Shown here: one piece after another, positions 26,367 to 36,007 of the stretch
Layout: each line of letters begins with the position of its first letter
How positions within the stretch are numbered: the first letter of the stretch is position 1
Origin: Christensenellaceae bacterium Phil10
Lineage (GTDB): Bacteria; Bacillota; Clostridia; Christensenellales; CAG-917
Direction of reading: 5' to 3'
Assembly (NCBI GenBank): GCA_001940895.1
Contig: MSGY01000006.1
Coordinates: 65,179-129,178, forward strand
DNA: 64,000 nt
Position numbers and translations under genes: made by a program
Notes under the pieces: generated by a model
What the model was told of the DNA's origin: nothing
Seen by the model: the letters and a program-made list of their open reading frames with translations, nothing else
Databases searched by the model: none

Positions 26367-27034
26367 TTCAACGTGTACCCGACTCCGCGCACAGTGACGA
26401 TTTCGGCGGCAGACCCCGCCGCGTCAAGCGTTTTTCTTAAATCGGCAATATGAATATCGAGAGTGCGCGATTCTCCGTTATATTCATAACCCCATATTTT
26501 ATTCAGCAAATCGTCGCGATTAAGCACCGTTTCGGCACTGTTTATCAATTCTTTCAACAGATTATACTGCTTTAGCGTAAGCGTTAATTCTTTGCCGTTA
26601 ACGCTTATGACGTGTTTTCCGTCGTCGACCGTCAGGTCCTTGAACGACGTTTTCGCGACGCGTGCTCTTTTTCTTAAATTCGCATTGATTCTCGCGATGA
26701 GTTCCATCACTCCGAAAGGTTTCGACAGATAGTCGTCGGCACCCGTGTTAAGTCCTTTTACCTTGCTCACCTCGTCGTTTTTCGCCGACGCCATTATTAC
26801 GGAAATATCGGACGTAAGAGGATTGTTTTTGATTTTTTCGAGAATCTCGAACCCGTTCATTTTGTCGAGCATTACGTCCAGAATAATCAGGTCGGGACGT
26901 TCTTGTGCCAGCGCGCCGAACAATTCGTCGGCGTTTTTAAAGGTTTTACAATCCATACCCGCGCTTGTAACGGCGCATTCGTACAAATCGCAAATCGCGT
27001 CTTCGTCGTCTACTGCGTAAATAAGTTTCTTCAT
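26363..27034 (-). CDS. phoP: OmpR-family response regulator, PhoP/PhoB-like
   Basis: Receiver domain (DLIILDVMLD) plus winged helix (LTLKQYNLLKELI...TLDIHIADLRKTL). The ATG at 27034 follows the phoU stop directly. Confidence 0.85.
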   Translation of the reverse strand: MKKLIYAVDDEDAICDLYECAVTSAGMDCKTFKNADELFGALAQERPDLIILDVMLDKMNGFEILEKIKNNPLTSDISVIMASAKNDEVSKVKGLNTGADDYLSKPFGVMELIARINANLRKRARVAKTSFKDLTVDDGKHVISVNGKELTLTLKQYNLLKELINSAETVLNRDDLLNKIWGYEYNGESRTLDIHIADLRKTLDAAGSAAEIVTVRGVGYTLK

Positions 27035-27036
27035 TT

Positions 27037-27684
27037 TTAGTGATGTGAACCCGTAATCGCATATTCCACCCATTCTCCGATATTTACGGCGTGGTCCGCG
27101 ATTCTTTCAAGATATTTTGCTATCATCAGAAAATATACGGCCTGTTCGGCATTGTCTTTGTTTGCTCTTATGATATTTACTATTTCGTCCTTGATTTCGA
27201 CGAATATATTATCCACGATATCGTCGTGTTTGTCAAGCGAGGTTGCCACCGCAAGGTCTCTGTTGACGTAAGAGTAAACGCTGTCCTTTACCATACCCGA
27301 GACGATTTTTGCCATACGCGGAATATGTTCGGGTTTTTTGACGTATTCGCCGTCGCCCGACTGCAGAACGATTTCACATATGTCTCTTGCCTGGTCGCCT
27401 ATTCTTTCGAGGTCGGTTATCATTTTAAGAGCCGCGGTAATCTCTCTGAAATCGCCCGCGACGGGGTGTTCCATAAGCAACACCTTCAGACAGTGTTGTT
27501 CGATATCCCTTTCCATACGGTTTATTTCGACGTCGTTTTCCGCCGTTCCCGCGGCAAGAGTTTTATCCTTTGTTACAAACGCCTCGATTGCGCGGTCGAT
27601 GGCTCTTTCCACCGCTCTCTGCATGGCGATAAGTTCGTCCGATATCGCCTTGAGTTCCTGTTCGTATCTGTTTCTCGTAGACAT
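27037..27684 (-). CDS. phoU: Phosphate signalling complex protein PhoU
   Basis: 215 aa with duplicated E(R)IGD motifs (DLERIGDQA, YLERIADHA). Confidence 0.9.
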   Translation of the reverse strand: MSTRNRYEQELKAISDELIAMQRAVERAIDRAIEAFVTKDKTLAAGTAENDVEINRMERDIEQHCLKVLLMEHPVAGDFREITAALKMITDLERIGDQARDICEIVLQSGDGEYVKKPEHIPRMAKIVSGMVKDSVYSYVNRDLAVATSLDKHDDIVDNIFVEIKDEIVNIIRANKDNAEQAVYFLMIAKYLERIADHAVNIGEWVEYAITGSHH

Positions 27685-27700
27685 AATTTTCTCCTTTTTA

Positions 27701-28558
27701 TCAACCGAATTTTCCCGTAATATACCTTTCCGTGCGCGGGTCCTCGGGGTTTATGAACAACTCCTCGGTATCCGAATACTCAATCAGTTCGCCCAGCAGA
27801 AAAAATGCCGTTTTATCCGCTATCCGCGTCGCCTGCTGCATATTATGAGTTACTATTATTACCGTCAGTTCCTTTTTCAGTTCGGACGTAAGTTCTTCGA
27901 TTTTGCCCGTGGAAATGGGGTCGAGCGCGCTTGTGGGTTCGTCGAGCAACAATACTTTGGGTCTTACGGCAAGGGCCCTCGCTATACAAAGTCTCTGTTG
28001 CTGTCCGCCCGACATCCCGAGCGCCGATTTGGAAAGCCGGTTTTTGGCTTCGTCCCACATCGCCGCCTCTTTGAGACTGCGCTCCACGATTTCGTCAAGT
28101 TCGCTTTTTTTGCGGATGCCGTGCGTTCTGGGTCCGTAACAAATATTGTCGTAAATGCTCATCGGAAAAAGATTGGGTTTCTGAAACACCATTCCGACGT
28201 TTTTCCGCAACAGGTTTACGTCCGCCGATTTGTATATGTCCGTTCCGCCCACTTCGAACCGTCCTTCGATTCTGCAACCTTCGATAAGGTCGTTCATACG
28301 GTTAAGACATTTCAGCAGCGTGGACTTGCCGCACCCCGACGGACCGATAAATGCGGTAACCTTGCGGTCGGGAATTTCAAGACTGACGTCCTTTAACGCC
28401 TGAAAATCGCCGTACCACAAATTTGCGTTTTTAACGGATACGCTTCCGTCTTTGAAAACGTCGGCGGAATTTTCCTTTTTCTTTATCAATCCGCTTAAAA
28501 TATTAGTTTTTTTATCCGACTGCGTTTTTTCGTTTTTCGTATTATCTTCGCGTGTCAT
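27701..28558 (-). CDS. pstB: Phosphate ABC transporter ATP-binding protein PstB
   Basis: [15 protein letters not shown], Walker [10 protein letters not shown], signature LSGGQQQR. The ATG at 28558 overlaps the pstCA stop (ATGA). Confidence 0.9.
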   Translation of the reverse strand: MTREDNTKNEKTQSDKKTNILSGLIKKKENSADVFKDGSVSVKNANLWYGDFQALKDVSLEIPDRKVTAFIGPSGCGKSTLLKCLNRMNDLIEGCRIEGRFEVGGTDIYKSADVNLLRKNVGMVFQKPNLFPMSIYDNICYGPRTHGIRKKSELDEIVERSLKEAAMWDEAKNRLSKSALGMSGGQQQRLCIARALAVRPKVLLLDEPTSALDPISTGKIEELTSELKKELTVIIVTHNMQQATRIADKTAFFLLGELIEYSDTEELFINPEDPRTERYITGKFG

Positions 28559-30384
28559 ACCGCACCTCTCAACTTTTTCTGCAACAACTTTACCGATATC
28601 GTCGATATCAGATTCAGCGCAAGCACTACCATTAAAAGTATCGCCGCCGTGGCCCACGCTTCGTCCACGTATGCGTATTCCTTATTAAACCAATAAAGCA
28701 ATACGGCAAGCGACGTGCCTTTCGACGTATAGCCGTCGGGGAGCGCGCCCATTCCTCCGTTTCCCGACGTGAGCATCAGCGGCGCGGACTCGCCTATTAT
28801 TCTTCCCGTTGCAAGGATTATTGCGGTAAGAACACCCGGCAAAGCCGACGGTAAAACCGTCCTGAAAATGGTCCGCGCTTTCCCCGCGCCCAAGGCAAGG
28901 CTTCCTTCCATGTACCCGTCCGGCACCGCTTTTATCGCTTCCTCGGACGAGCGAAGAATAACGGGAATAACCATCAGCACGATTGTAAGCGACCCCGATA
29001 ATATGCTTGTACCGAGCCCGCAAACGTGTACGAAAAACGCATTGCCGAAAAGTCCGTAAACAATGGACGGAATTCCCGCAAGTATTTCGATGCAGGACTT
29101 TATGATTTTCGTGATGAAATTTCCTCTTTTCGCATATTCCGAAAGAAAAATCGCTCCTCCGAGTCCCGTGGGCACGGCTATCAGAAGACTCAGAAACAAA
29201 ATCATCAGCGTCGAAATTATAGACGGCAATATCGTCTGTGCGCCGCTGTAACTTCCCGTCGTCGAAAACAGTCCTTCTTTGGACAGATGCGGCAATCCCT
29301 TTATCAGGATAAAAAGCACAATAGCGCCGAGTGCGAACAAACTTATCGCCGCGCTTATATAACACCCCGCGGTTTTGATAATCACCGTTTCTTTCGGACG
29401 GGCGTGCCGTAATGCCGATATTTTTCCCGAAAGAAGTTTTGTACCGCGCGTCTTTTTTTCTGCTCTTGCCTTTTTTGCGGGCTTGTCCTTTTTTTCGCCG
29501 GTGAACGCCTGTACGGTAAGATTGATTATCGCCACGAAAAGAAACAATATACAGGCCGTCCCGACCATCGCTCCGTAAGTCTTATCCCCGGGGGCAAGTT
29601 CGCCTAAGCCCGTTACTATAAGCGACGTCATGGTGGAGTAACTCTGAAACAACCCCTCGGGTATGATTTTCGCGCCGCCGCATATCATAGCAACGGCCAT
29701 CGTCTCTCCCGCCGCACGGCCTATTCCCAGAATGAAACTTGCGGTTATTCCCGATTTCGCGGCCGGAACCACCGCCCCGAACACAGCCTGCGAACGAGTG
29801 TCCCCGAGCGCCCGGGCCCCTTCGTAAATACTTTGCGGCACCGCGTCGAGCGCCGATACGGACATGGATACGATAGTGGGCATTATCATAATGCCCAGAA
29901 TAAGACTTACGCACAACAATCCCGCTCCCGACCCGTTGTCCGATAAATTTCCGAGTACGGGCTGCATAATCAGTATCCCGAAAAACCCGTAAATTACCGA
30001 CGGAATTCCCGCAAGCAGATTGACAAGTTGCAAAAATGCCTGTTTGAGTTTTTTCGGACAATATCTCGATATGTATACCGCGCAGAAAAATCCGAGCGTT
30101 CCTCCTACGAGCAGCGCGCCTACGGTCGAATATACCGACCCGACTATTGCCGCCGCTATCCCGTATTCGCCGATTGCGGGATTCCAGGTTTTTCCGAAAA
30201 CGAACCTGAAAAATCCCGTCTCGGCAATCGACGGTATTCCCGTCGCGAGAAGAAAGACGAATATCGCCGCCGCGGCGATTGCCGAAAACGTCGCGGCAAG
30301 CGCAAATATCGCTTTTATTCCCCCCTCTTTGATACGGGGGTCGGAAAGGCGCTTCGTTCTGTATTTAGCCACCGTATCTTTCAT
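28555..30384 (-). CDS. pstCA: Fused phosphate ABC transporter permease PstC-PstA
   Basis: 609 aa. Two complete permease halves, each with an EAA-type loop, joined by a Lys-rich linker ([17 protein letters not shown]). Confidence 0.85.
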   Translation of the reverse strand: MKDTVAKYRTKRLSDPRIKEGGIKAIFALAATFSAIAAAAIFVFLLATGIPSIAETGFFRFVFGKTWNPAIGEYGIAAAIVGSVYSTVGALLVGGTLGFFCAVYISRYCPKKLKQAFLQLVNLLAGIPSVIYGFFGILIMQPVLGNLSDNGSGAGLLCVSLILGIMIMPTIVSMSVSALDAVPQSIYEGARALGDTRSQAVFGAVVPAAKSGITASFILGIGRAAGETMAVAMICGGAKIIPEGLFQSYSTMTSLIVTGLGELAPGDKTYGAMVGTACILFLFVAIINLTVQAFTGEKKDKPAKKARAEKKTRGTKLLSGKISALRHARPKETVIIKTAGCYISAAISLFALGAIVLFILIKGLPHLSKEGLFSTTGSYSGAQTILPSIISTLMILFLSLLIAVPTGLGGAIFLSEYAKRGNFITKIIKSCIEILAGIPSIVYGLFGNAFFVHVCGLGTSILSGSLTIVLMVIPVILRSSEEAIKAVPDGYMEGSLALGAGKARTIFRTVLPSALPGVLTAIILATGRIIGESAPLMLTSGNGGMGALPDGYTSKGTSLAVLLYWFNKEYAYVDEAWATAAILLMVVLALNLISTISVKLLQKKLRGAV

Positions 30385-31268
30385 CAGGCGATTTCGGAAA
30401 ATCTGGTAACCGCTCCCGTATAAATATCGTACAGATTCTGTATGGTCAGATTATCGATTGCGTTTGCCTTATTGACTATTACTACCACGGCGTCCTGCGC
30501 AAGGTCGAACTGTGCGAAATATCCCGCGTCCTCCGCTTTGATTGCCGAGCTCGACATTCCGATTACGTTTCCCGCCGTATCGTCTTTGGCGGCGGTACGA
30601 CCCGCTCCCGAACCCTGGCAGTTTATATCGAACGTTACGTTGGGATTAAGTTTTTTATAACCGTCCATAAGAATCGTCATAACTTTTTCGACGGAAGTCG
30701 AACCCCTTATAATCACCGTTCCGGCACTTTTATCGCTTGAAAACGTTTGATTATTATCGGTATTCGGCACAAAGCCGTTGTCTGCAACTATTTTGCTTGC
30801 CTTGTCGCTTTTCAGATAATTCAGAAAATCTTTCGTCGCCGCCGTAAGATTGTCCCCTTCCGTAAGCGTTTTGTTTGTAATAATTACAAACGGTCTGTAA
30901 AGCACGTATCTGCCGTTTTGTACGTTTTCGACAGTAGGCGCGACGCCGTTCACCTTAACCGCCTTGACGCTGTCGTCAAGAGAGCCGAGCGATATGTAGC
31001 CTATTGCCGTTTTGTTGGACTGAACCTTCGCGATTACCGCCGAAGTGGCTTCGAGTTCCTCCGCTTTCTGCGTCATTTTACCCTCGAGTTTCGTCCCGTC
31101 CGAATTTTTAATCAGACTTTCGAAAGCCTCCCTCGTCCCGGACGCCGAATCGCGCCCTATCACGTTGATGCTCTTTTCGGCGTTTTTGTCGCACGCCGTA
31201 AACGCGGCAATCGACATAGCGCACACGAGAAGCACCGAAATCAATATTGCAATTTTTTTATTTTTCAT
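30384..31268 (-). CDS. pstS: Phosphate-binding lipoprotein PstS
   Basis: Lipobox FTAC. GRDSASGTREAF and GSGAG motifs of PBP-type phosphate binders. GAAGGAGG RBS. Confidence 0.9.
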   Translation of the reverse strand: MKNKKIAILISVLLVCAMSIAAFTACDKNAEKSINVIGRDSASGTREAFESLIKNSDGTKLEGKMTQKAEELEATSAVIAKVQSNKTAIGYISLGSLDDSVKAVKVNGVAPTVENVQNGRYVLYRPFVIITNKTLTEGDNLTAATKDFLNYLKSDKASKIVADNGFVPNTDNNQTFSSDKSAGTVIIRGSTSVEKVMTILMDGYKKLNPNVTFDINCQGSGAGRTAAKDDTAGNVIGMSSSAIKAEDAGYFAQFDLAQDAVVVIVNKANAIDNLTIQNLYDIYTGAVTRFSEIA

Positions 31269-31332
31269 TTTGATATACCTCCTTCACGTTTCTGCCCGAA
31301 TGATAACGCATTTTAAAAATTTTATCCCGCAC

Positions 31333-31366
31333 GTTAAGGTAAGGTAAACGTTAAATTTATGTAAAC
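31333..31366 (-). promoter_or_regulatory. Candidate Pho box upstream of pstS
   Basis: The minus strand reads TTTACA-N5-TTAACG-TTTACC-TTACC-TTAAC. The TT(A/T)AC(A/C)-like hexamers are partly in 11-bp phase, 65-100 nt upstream of the pstS ATG. Confidence 0.35.
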
Positions 31367-31488
31367 CCGCGCTTTTAATACGATTTCGCCTGAAAATGCG
31401 GAAGCTCATTTGAAAAAACTTCTTATATTCCGCGTTGACAATATTGCAATAAAAGAACATAATAAAAGAAAAAGACAGGAGAGTAAAA

Positions 31489-32190
31489 ATGGCCGAGGAG
31501 TGCGTCGTTTGCAAAGCCCCTCTTATATATCTCGAAAAAGACGAACCGATGGAATGCGCCGTATGTCATAAGCGGGAGATGAGCAAAACCCGTTGTGTAA
31601 ACGGTCATTACGTCTGCAACGATTGTCATATGAAAGGTCTGGACGCCGTGATTGCCCTGTGCCTTGACGAAAAATCGAAAAACCCCGTCGAAATACTTGA
31701 GAAATGCATGAATCTTCCCTTTTGTCATATGCACGGTCCCGAGCATCACGTTCTTGTAGGAGTCTCTCTTTTGACCGCTTATAAAAACGCGGGAGGGAAA
31801 ATCGACCTTCCGTCCGCTCTGTCCGAGATGGTAAACAGAGGAAAACAGATTCCCGGCGGCGCGTGCGGTTTCTGGGGCGCGTGCGGCGCGGGCATATCGA
31901 CGGGCATGTTTATTTCGGTTATATCGCAATCCACCCCTTTTACGAACTTACCGTTGAGTCTTTCAAATCTTATGACGTCGGAGGCTCTGAAAAGCATCGG
32001 AACCGTCGGGGGTCCGCGTTGTTGCAAGAGGAATTCCTATCTTGCGATAATCGCCGCGACGCGCTTCGTAAAAGAACATACCGGCATTGAAACGGAACTG
32101 CCCGAAATCGTATGCACCCGCTCCGCAAAAAACAATCGCTGCATAGGAAACCGCTGTCCTTTCTTCAAATCGCGCCTTAATAATCCGTAA
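31489..32190 (+). CDS. Cysteine-rich protein of unknown function (N-terminal zinc-ribbon-like CxxC pairs)
   Basis: 233 aa. CVVC...CAVC...C..GHYVCNDCH, then GGACGFWGACGAG and CCKR. AGGAGAG RBS and a TTGACA-17-CATAAT promoter. Confidence 0.6.
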   Translation: MAEECVVCKAPLIYLEKDEPMECAVCHKREMSKTRCVNGHYVCNDCHMKGLDAVIALCLDEKSKNPVEILEKCMNLPFCHMHGPEHHVLVGVSLLTAYKNAGGKIDLPSALSEMVNRGKQIPGGACGFWGACGAGISTGMFISVISQSTPFTNLPLSLSNLMTSEALKSIGTVGGPRCCKRNSYLAIIAATRFVKEHTGIETELPEIVCTRSAKNNRCIGNRCPFFKSRLNNP

Positions 32191-32232
32191 TCCGCATTCA
32201 TTAAAATCGTATTTATTATTATTTTTTGTAAT

Positions 32233-32260
32233 AAAAAAACCCCGCAACCGCGGGGTTTTG
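32233..32260. terminator. Bidirectional terminator between the Cys-rich gene and rnfB
   Basis: AAAAACCCCGC / GCGGGGTTTT. Confidence 0.7.
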
Positions 32261-32272
32261 TACGTTGTTTTA

Positions 32273-33100
32273 TCACTTTTGTGGTTCGGAAGCGGGCAAT
32301 ATGCAATGTTGGGGACACTTCTCGGCGCAACGACCGCAGTTCGTGCATTTCGAATAGTCGATAACGGCAAGATTGTCTACTATGGTAATAGCTCCGGCTT
32401 CGCACTGTTTTGCGCAAAGTCCGCAGGCAATACAGCCCTTGTTGCAGATTTCGCGAACTTCTTTTCCCTTCTGATGATTGCTGCATGCGACGAAATATTT
32501 TGCGCTTTCGGGAATTCTTTTTATTATCTTTTTCGGACAGGCCGCGATACATCTTCCGCATTTAATGCATTTTTTCTGCGACACTTCGGAATAGCCTTTC
32601 GAATTGACTCCGACGGCGTGGTCGTGGCAAGCGTCGACGCAACTGCCCATTCCGAGACATCCCCACGCGCATTGTTTGCGGCCTCCCGAAAGAAGTTCCA
32701 TACTGCGGCAATCCCCGTATCCTATATAGTCGTATTTATCCTTCGCCTCGTTTCCTCCGCGGCAACAAACCACCACCCTTGTGGGAACGCCCGTGTTCGT
32801 GGTACCGAGAATGGCGGCGATTTCGTCTTTTTTCTCTTTTGACGTGGCGTTGCACGACGAAAGGTCCGCTTTGCCTTCGACGAGCGCTGTCGCAAAACCG
32901 TCGCAACCGGGATAGCCGCACGCTCCGCAATTCGCTCCCGAAAGGCAGTCTCTCACTTTATCGATGCGCTCGTCTCTGTTAACGGCAAGTTTTTTGCCGA
33001 GGTAGGAAAGCGCCGTCGCGAAAACTATCGCAAGCACCAGAAGTATGAGTGCGGGCAGGATTATTGCCAGCGCCTTTGAAACCGATAATGCAAAAATCAT
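32273..33100 (-). CDS. rnfB: Rnf complex subunit B (polyferredoxin)
   Basis: N-terminal TM, GANCGACGYPGCDGFA, and several CxxCxxCxxxCP ferredoxin motifs. Confidence 0.9.
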   Translation of the reverse strand: MIFALSVSKALAIILPALILLVLAIVFATALSYLGKKLAVNRDERIDKVRDCLSGANCGACGYPGCDGFATALVEGKADLSSCNATSKEKKDEIAAILGTTNTGVPTRVVVCCRGGNEAKDKYDYIGYGDCRSMELLSGGRKQCAWGCLGMGSCVDACHDHAVGVNSKGYSEVSQKKCIKCGRCIAACPKKIIKRIPESAKYFVACSNHQKGKEVREICNKGCIACGLCAKQCEAGAITIVDNLAVIDYSKCTNCGRCAEKCPQHCILPASEPQK

Positions 33101-33110
33101 ATCCGCCTCC

Positions 33111-33686
33111 TTAAATCATTCCGCCGAATGCGGTAAACGCCATACTCATAATGGACGCCGCGACGAGAGTAATCGGGAATCCCCTGAAACTTTCGGGAAT
33201 ATCGCTGTGTACGAGTTTTTCGCGTATGCCCGCCATAAGCACTATCGCAAGCGTGAAACCTACTCCGCTGAAAATTCCGTTTAAAAACGCCTGGATGAGA
33301 TTATATCCGTACGACGGGGTAACGTTTACTATCGCTACGCCCAGCACCGCGCAGTTTGTGGTGATAAGCGGCAGATATACGCCGAGAGCGTTGTACAGTC
33401 CCGGGCTGAAACGTTTAATAACTATTTCGACAAGCTGGACGAGAGCCGCTATAACGAGTATGAACGCTATGGTCTGAATATATTCCACTCCCCATTTTAC
33501 GAGCAACAGATTTACGGCGTAAGTTATAATCGACGCCACTCCCATAACGAATATAACCGCTATGCCCATTCCGAGAGCGCTGTCCGTTTTTTTGGAAACG
33601 CCGAGGAAGGGACATATTCCGAGGAATTGCGCAAGGATAAAGTTATTGACGAAAATCGCACCTATAATAATGTATAAATACGTCAT
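33111..33686 (-). CDS. rnfA: Rnf complex subunit A
   Basis: 191 aa. NNFILAQFLGICPFLGVS signature. Confidence 0.9.
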   Translation of the reverse strand: MTYLYIIIGAIFVNNFILAQFLGICPFLGVSKKTDSALGMGIAVIFVMGVASIITYAVNLLLVKWGVEYIQTIAFILVIAALVQLVEIVIKRFSPGLYNALGVYLPLITTNCAVLGVAIVNVTPSYGYNLIQAFLNGIFSGVGFTLAIVLMAGIREKLVHSDIPESFRGFPITLVAASIMSMAFTAFGGMI

Positions 33687-34367
33687 TTATTTACCCTCCT
33701 TTATGATAATGGGTTTAAGCTCTTCGATTCTCAGTTCCTCGCGAAGAGCCTTATCGCGTTTTCTGATTGAAATCTGATTGACTGCCGCCATCATAAGTCC
33801 GTAAACGAGAAATCCGCCGGGCGCCATCGCTATCACCGACATGGAATATTCGGGAAGATTGCCGATTGCCGCGCCGAAAATCGTGCCTGCGCCGATAACT
33901 TCGCGGATTGCTCCCATAAGAGTCAGCGAAAGCATAAATCCTATGCCCATTCCCAGTCCGTCGAGAGCGCTGTCGCCTATCGTATTGCAGGAAGCAAACG
34001 CCTCGGCGCGCGCAAGAATTATGCAGTTGACGACTATAAGAGGCAGATAAAGCCCCAGTATCTCGTAAACGTCGGGCAATGCGTACTCTATCACCATATC
34101 GAGAACGGTGACGAACGTCGCTATAATAAGAACGTATGCGGGTATGCGGACTTTATCGGGAATTATGTTTCTCAGAAGAGAAATCATTACGTTGCTGCAG
34201 ACGAGAACGAAAGTGGTTGCAAGACCCATATATATGCCGTTCATCGCCGCCGTGGTCAGCGCGAGCGTCGGGCAGGTACCCAGAACAAGCCTGAACGTCG
34301 GGTTATTTTTTATAATGCCGCTTGTTACTATACTCCATTTGCTGTTGGGGTTATTGCGTTTTTTCAT
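33687..34367 (-). CDS. rnfE: Rnf complex subunit E
   Basis: 226 aa. NNPTFRLVLGTCPTLA signature. Confidence 0.9.
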   Translation of the reverse strand: MKKRNNPNSKWSIVTSGIIKNNPTFRLVLGTCPTLALTTAAMNGIYMGLATTFVLVCSNVMISLLRNIIPDKVRIPAYVLIIATFVTVLDMVIEYALPDVYEILGLYLPLIVVNCIILARAEAFASCNTIGDSALDGLGMGIGFMLSLTLMGAIREVIGAGTIFGAAIGNLPEYSMSVIAMAPGGFLVYGLMMAAVNQISIRKRDKALREELRIEELKPIIIKEGK

Positions 34368-34975
34368 TTTGCCCCTCCTGCTATCGCTTTGTGATATCCG
34401 ACGACAAGATCGACGCTTGCCGCGACTGCGTTACTTGTTTTAGTCGCGCTCGACACTGCGTTTACCTCCGTTCCGTCGGTTTTCTGTTTGTTCGTTCTGA
34501 ATCCTTCTATCGTCGTAATGTCGATATTGTAGAACTGACTTAAAAACGACTCGTTGTTTTCGACGCCGAGCGTTTCGTTTGACGACGTTTTCATAATTTT
34601 TATTATTTTATCGTTTTTAACGACGACCATAAGTTCGAGCCCCGATTTATATCCTTTTGCGGTCGTGGAATAAATGTAGACGACGTCCGTGCCGTCGGTG
34701 TTTTTGTAAACTCCCGTTACCGAGACCGTTTTGTCTTTTGCCTCAACGGAAATACCGTCAAGCGGAACTTCCTCCCACTTTCCTTCCGTCGCATACGCCT
34801 TGTTCAGGTTTTTTGCGAGTTTTTCTTCGGGAGACTGATAAGTAAGCCTGTTTATTCCGCCAAGCAGAAGTCCCGCTACCGTTGCAATCAGCGAAAGGAC
34901 AATTACGCAGGCCGGCATGGGGTGTTCTCTCAGCCAGGTGACGATACGCGAAGGTTTTTTTTCTTGTTCGGCCAT
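34364..34975 (-). CDS. rnfG: Rnf complex subunit G (FMN-binding)
   Basis: 203 aa. N-terminal TM and FMN attachment region VNAVSSATKTS. Confidence 0.85.
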   Translation of the reverse strand: MAEQEKKPSRIVTWLREHPMPACVIVLSLIATVAGLLLGGINRLTYQSPEEKLAKNLNKAYATEGKWEEVPLDGISVEAKDKTVSVTGVYKNTDGTDVVYIYSTTAKGYKSGLELMVVVKNDKIIKIMKTSSNETLGVENNESFLSQFYNIDITTIEGFRTNKQKTDGTEVNAVSSATKTSNAVAASVDLVVGYHKAIAGGAK

Positions 34976-36006
34976 TATGCCTGCACCTCCTTTGCTTTTT
35001 TCTCCTTAGCGGGTTTTTTCGGTCTCACGTATCCGAAAGGCCGCGGCCGCATGAATTTATCGATAAGCGGCGTAAGCACGTTCATAAACAGTATCGCAAA
35101 AGAAACTCCTTCGGGCATGCTGCTGTATTTTCTGAAAATCGCCGTTAGCAATCCGCAACCTACGGCGTATATCACCACGCCCCAGGGCGTATCGGGAGAT
35201 GTCGAATAATCGGTCGCCATAAATATCGCGCCGAGCAGAAGTCCGCCCGAAAGAATGCCCGCGCCCGCAACGGCGGCGTCTTTGTAAATCGCCGCGGTTA
35301 TAACGAAATACGTAGCAATATAAATAAGAGGTATCTTAATATCTATTACTTTACGTATCGCAAGATAAATTCCGCCTATAATCAACGCAAGCGCGCACGT
35401 TTCGCCCGCAGACCCGCCTACTCTTCCGAGGAACAGGTCGAGAGCGCTTGCGCTTGTCCCTCCCGTTTTTAAAGATACGAGCGGAGTAGCGGACGTGAGC
35501 GCCGTTACCGTGTCGCCGTCGAAATATTTTACGAGTTCGTGCGCGCCGAGACTTAAATCGACGGGCTTGACGAAAGTCGTCATCGCAACCGTCCAGGAAA
35601 GCATTACGAAAATACGCGCCGTTATCGCGGGATTAGCAAAATTCTTTCCCAACCCTCCGAACAGCATCTTGACGACGAGCGTCGCGAAGATGCCGCCTAT
35701 TATCGGTATGTAAAACGGAACCGTCGGAGGAAGATTAAGACCAAGAAGAAGTCCCGTTACTACCGCCGACAAATCGTTTACCGTATGCGGTTTTTTGCGG
35801 ATAAGATTATAAAGATATTCGCCGAATACCGCAGAAGCGACAGTTAAAAGCGTCATTAATAGACTGTAAAGTCCGAATAACAGAAATGACGCGAACGTTG
35901 CGGGTATGAGTGCGATTATCACGTCAAACATTATACTGCGAGTCGTACGCCTGCACGTAACGTGCGGAGAAGTCGACACTATATATTTATAACTGCTGTC
36001 GTTCAT
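34975..36006 (-). CDS. rnfD: Rnf complex subunit D
   Basis: 343 aa polytopic NqrB/RnfD-like protein (SSPH..., FMATDYSTSP). Confidence 0.9.
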   Translation of the reverse strand: MNDSSYKYIVSTSPHVTCRRTTRSIMFDVIIALIPATFASFLLFGLYSLLMTLLTVASAVFGEYLYNLIRKKPHTVNDLSAVVTGLLLGLNLPPTVPFYIPIIGGIFATLVVKMLFGGLGKNFANPAITARIFVMLSWTVAMTTFVKPVDLSLGAHELVKYFDGDTVTALTSATPLVSLKTGGTSASALDLFLGRVGGSAGETCALALIIGGIYLAIRKVIDIKIPLIYIATYFVITAAIYKDAAVAGAGILSGGLLLGAIFMATDYSTSPDTPWGVVIYAVGCGLLTAIFRKYSSMPEGVSFAILFMNVLTPLIDKFMRPRPFGYVRPKKPAKEKKAKEVQA

Positions 36007-36007
36007 A

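Noticed and set aside
31269-31488. Checked the pstS / Cys-rich-gene spacer for a riboswitch or small RNA.
   Set aside because: Only promoter-like elements and Pho-box-like hexamers are apparent. No extended conserved-looking structure was seen.
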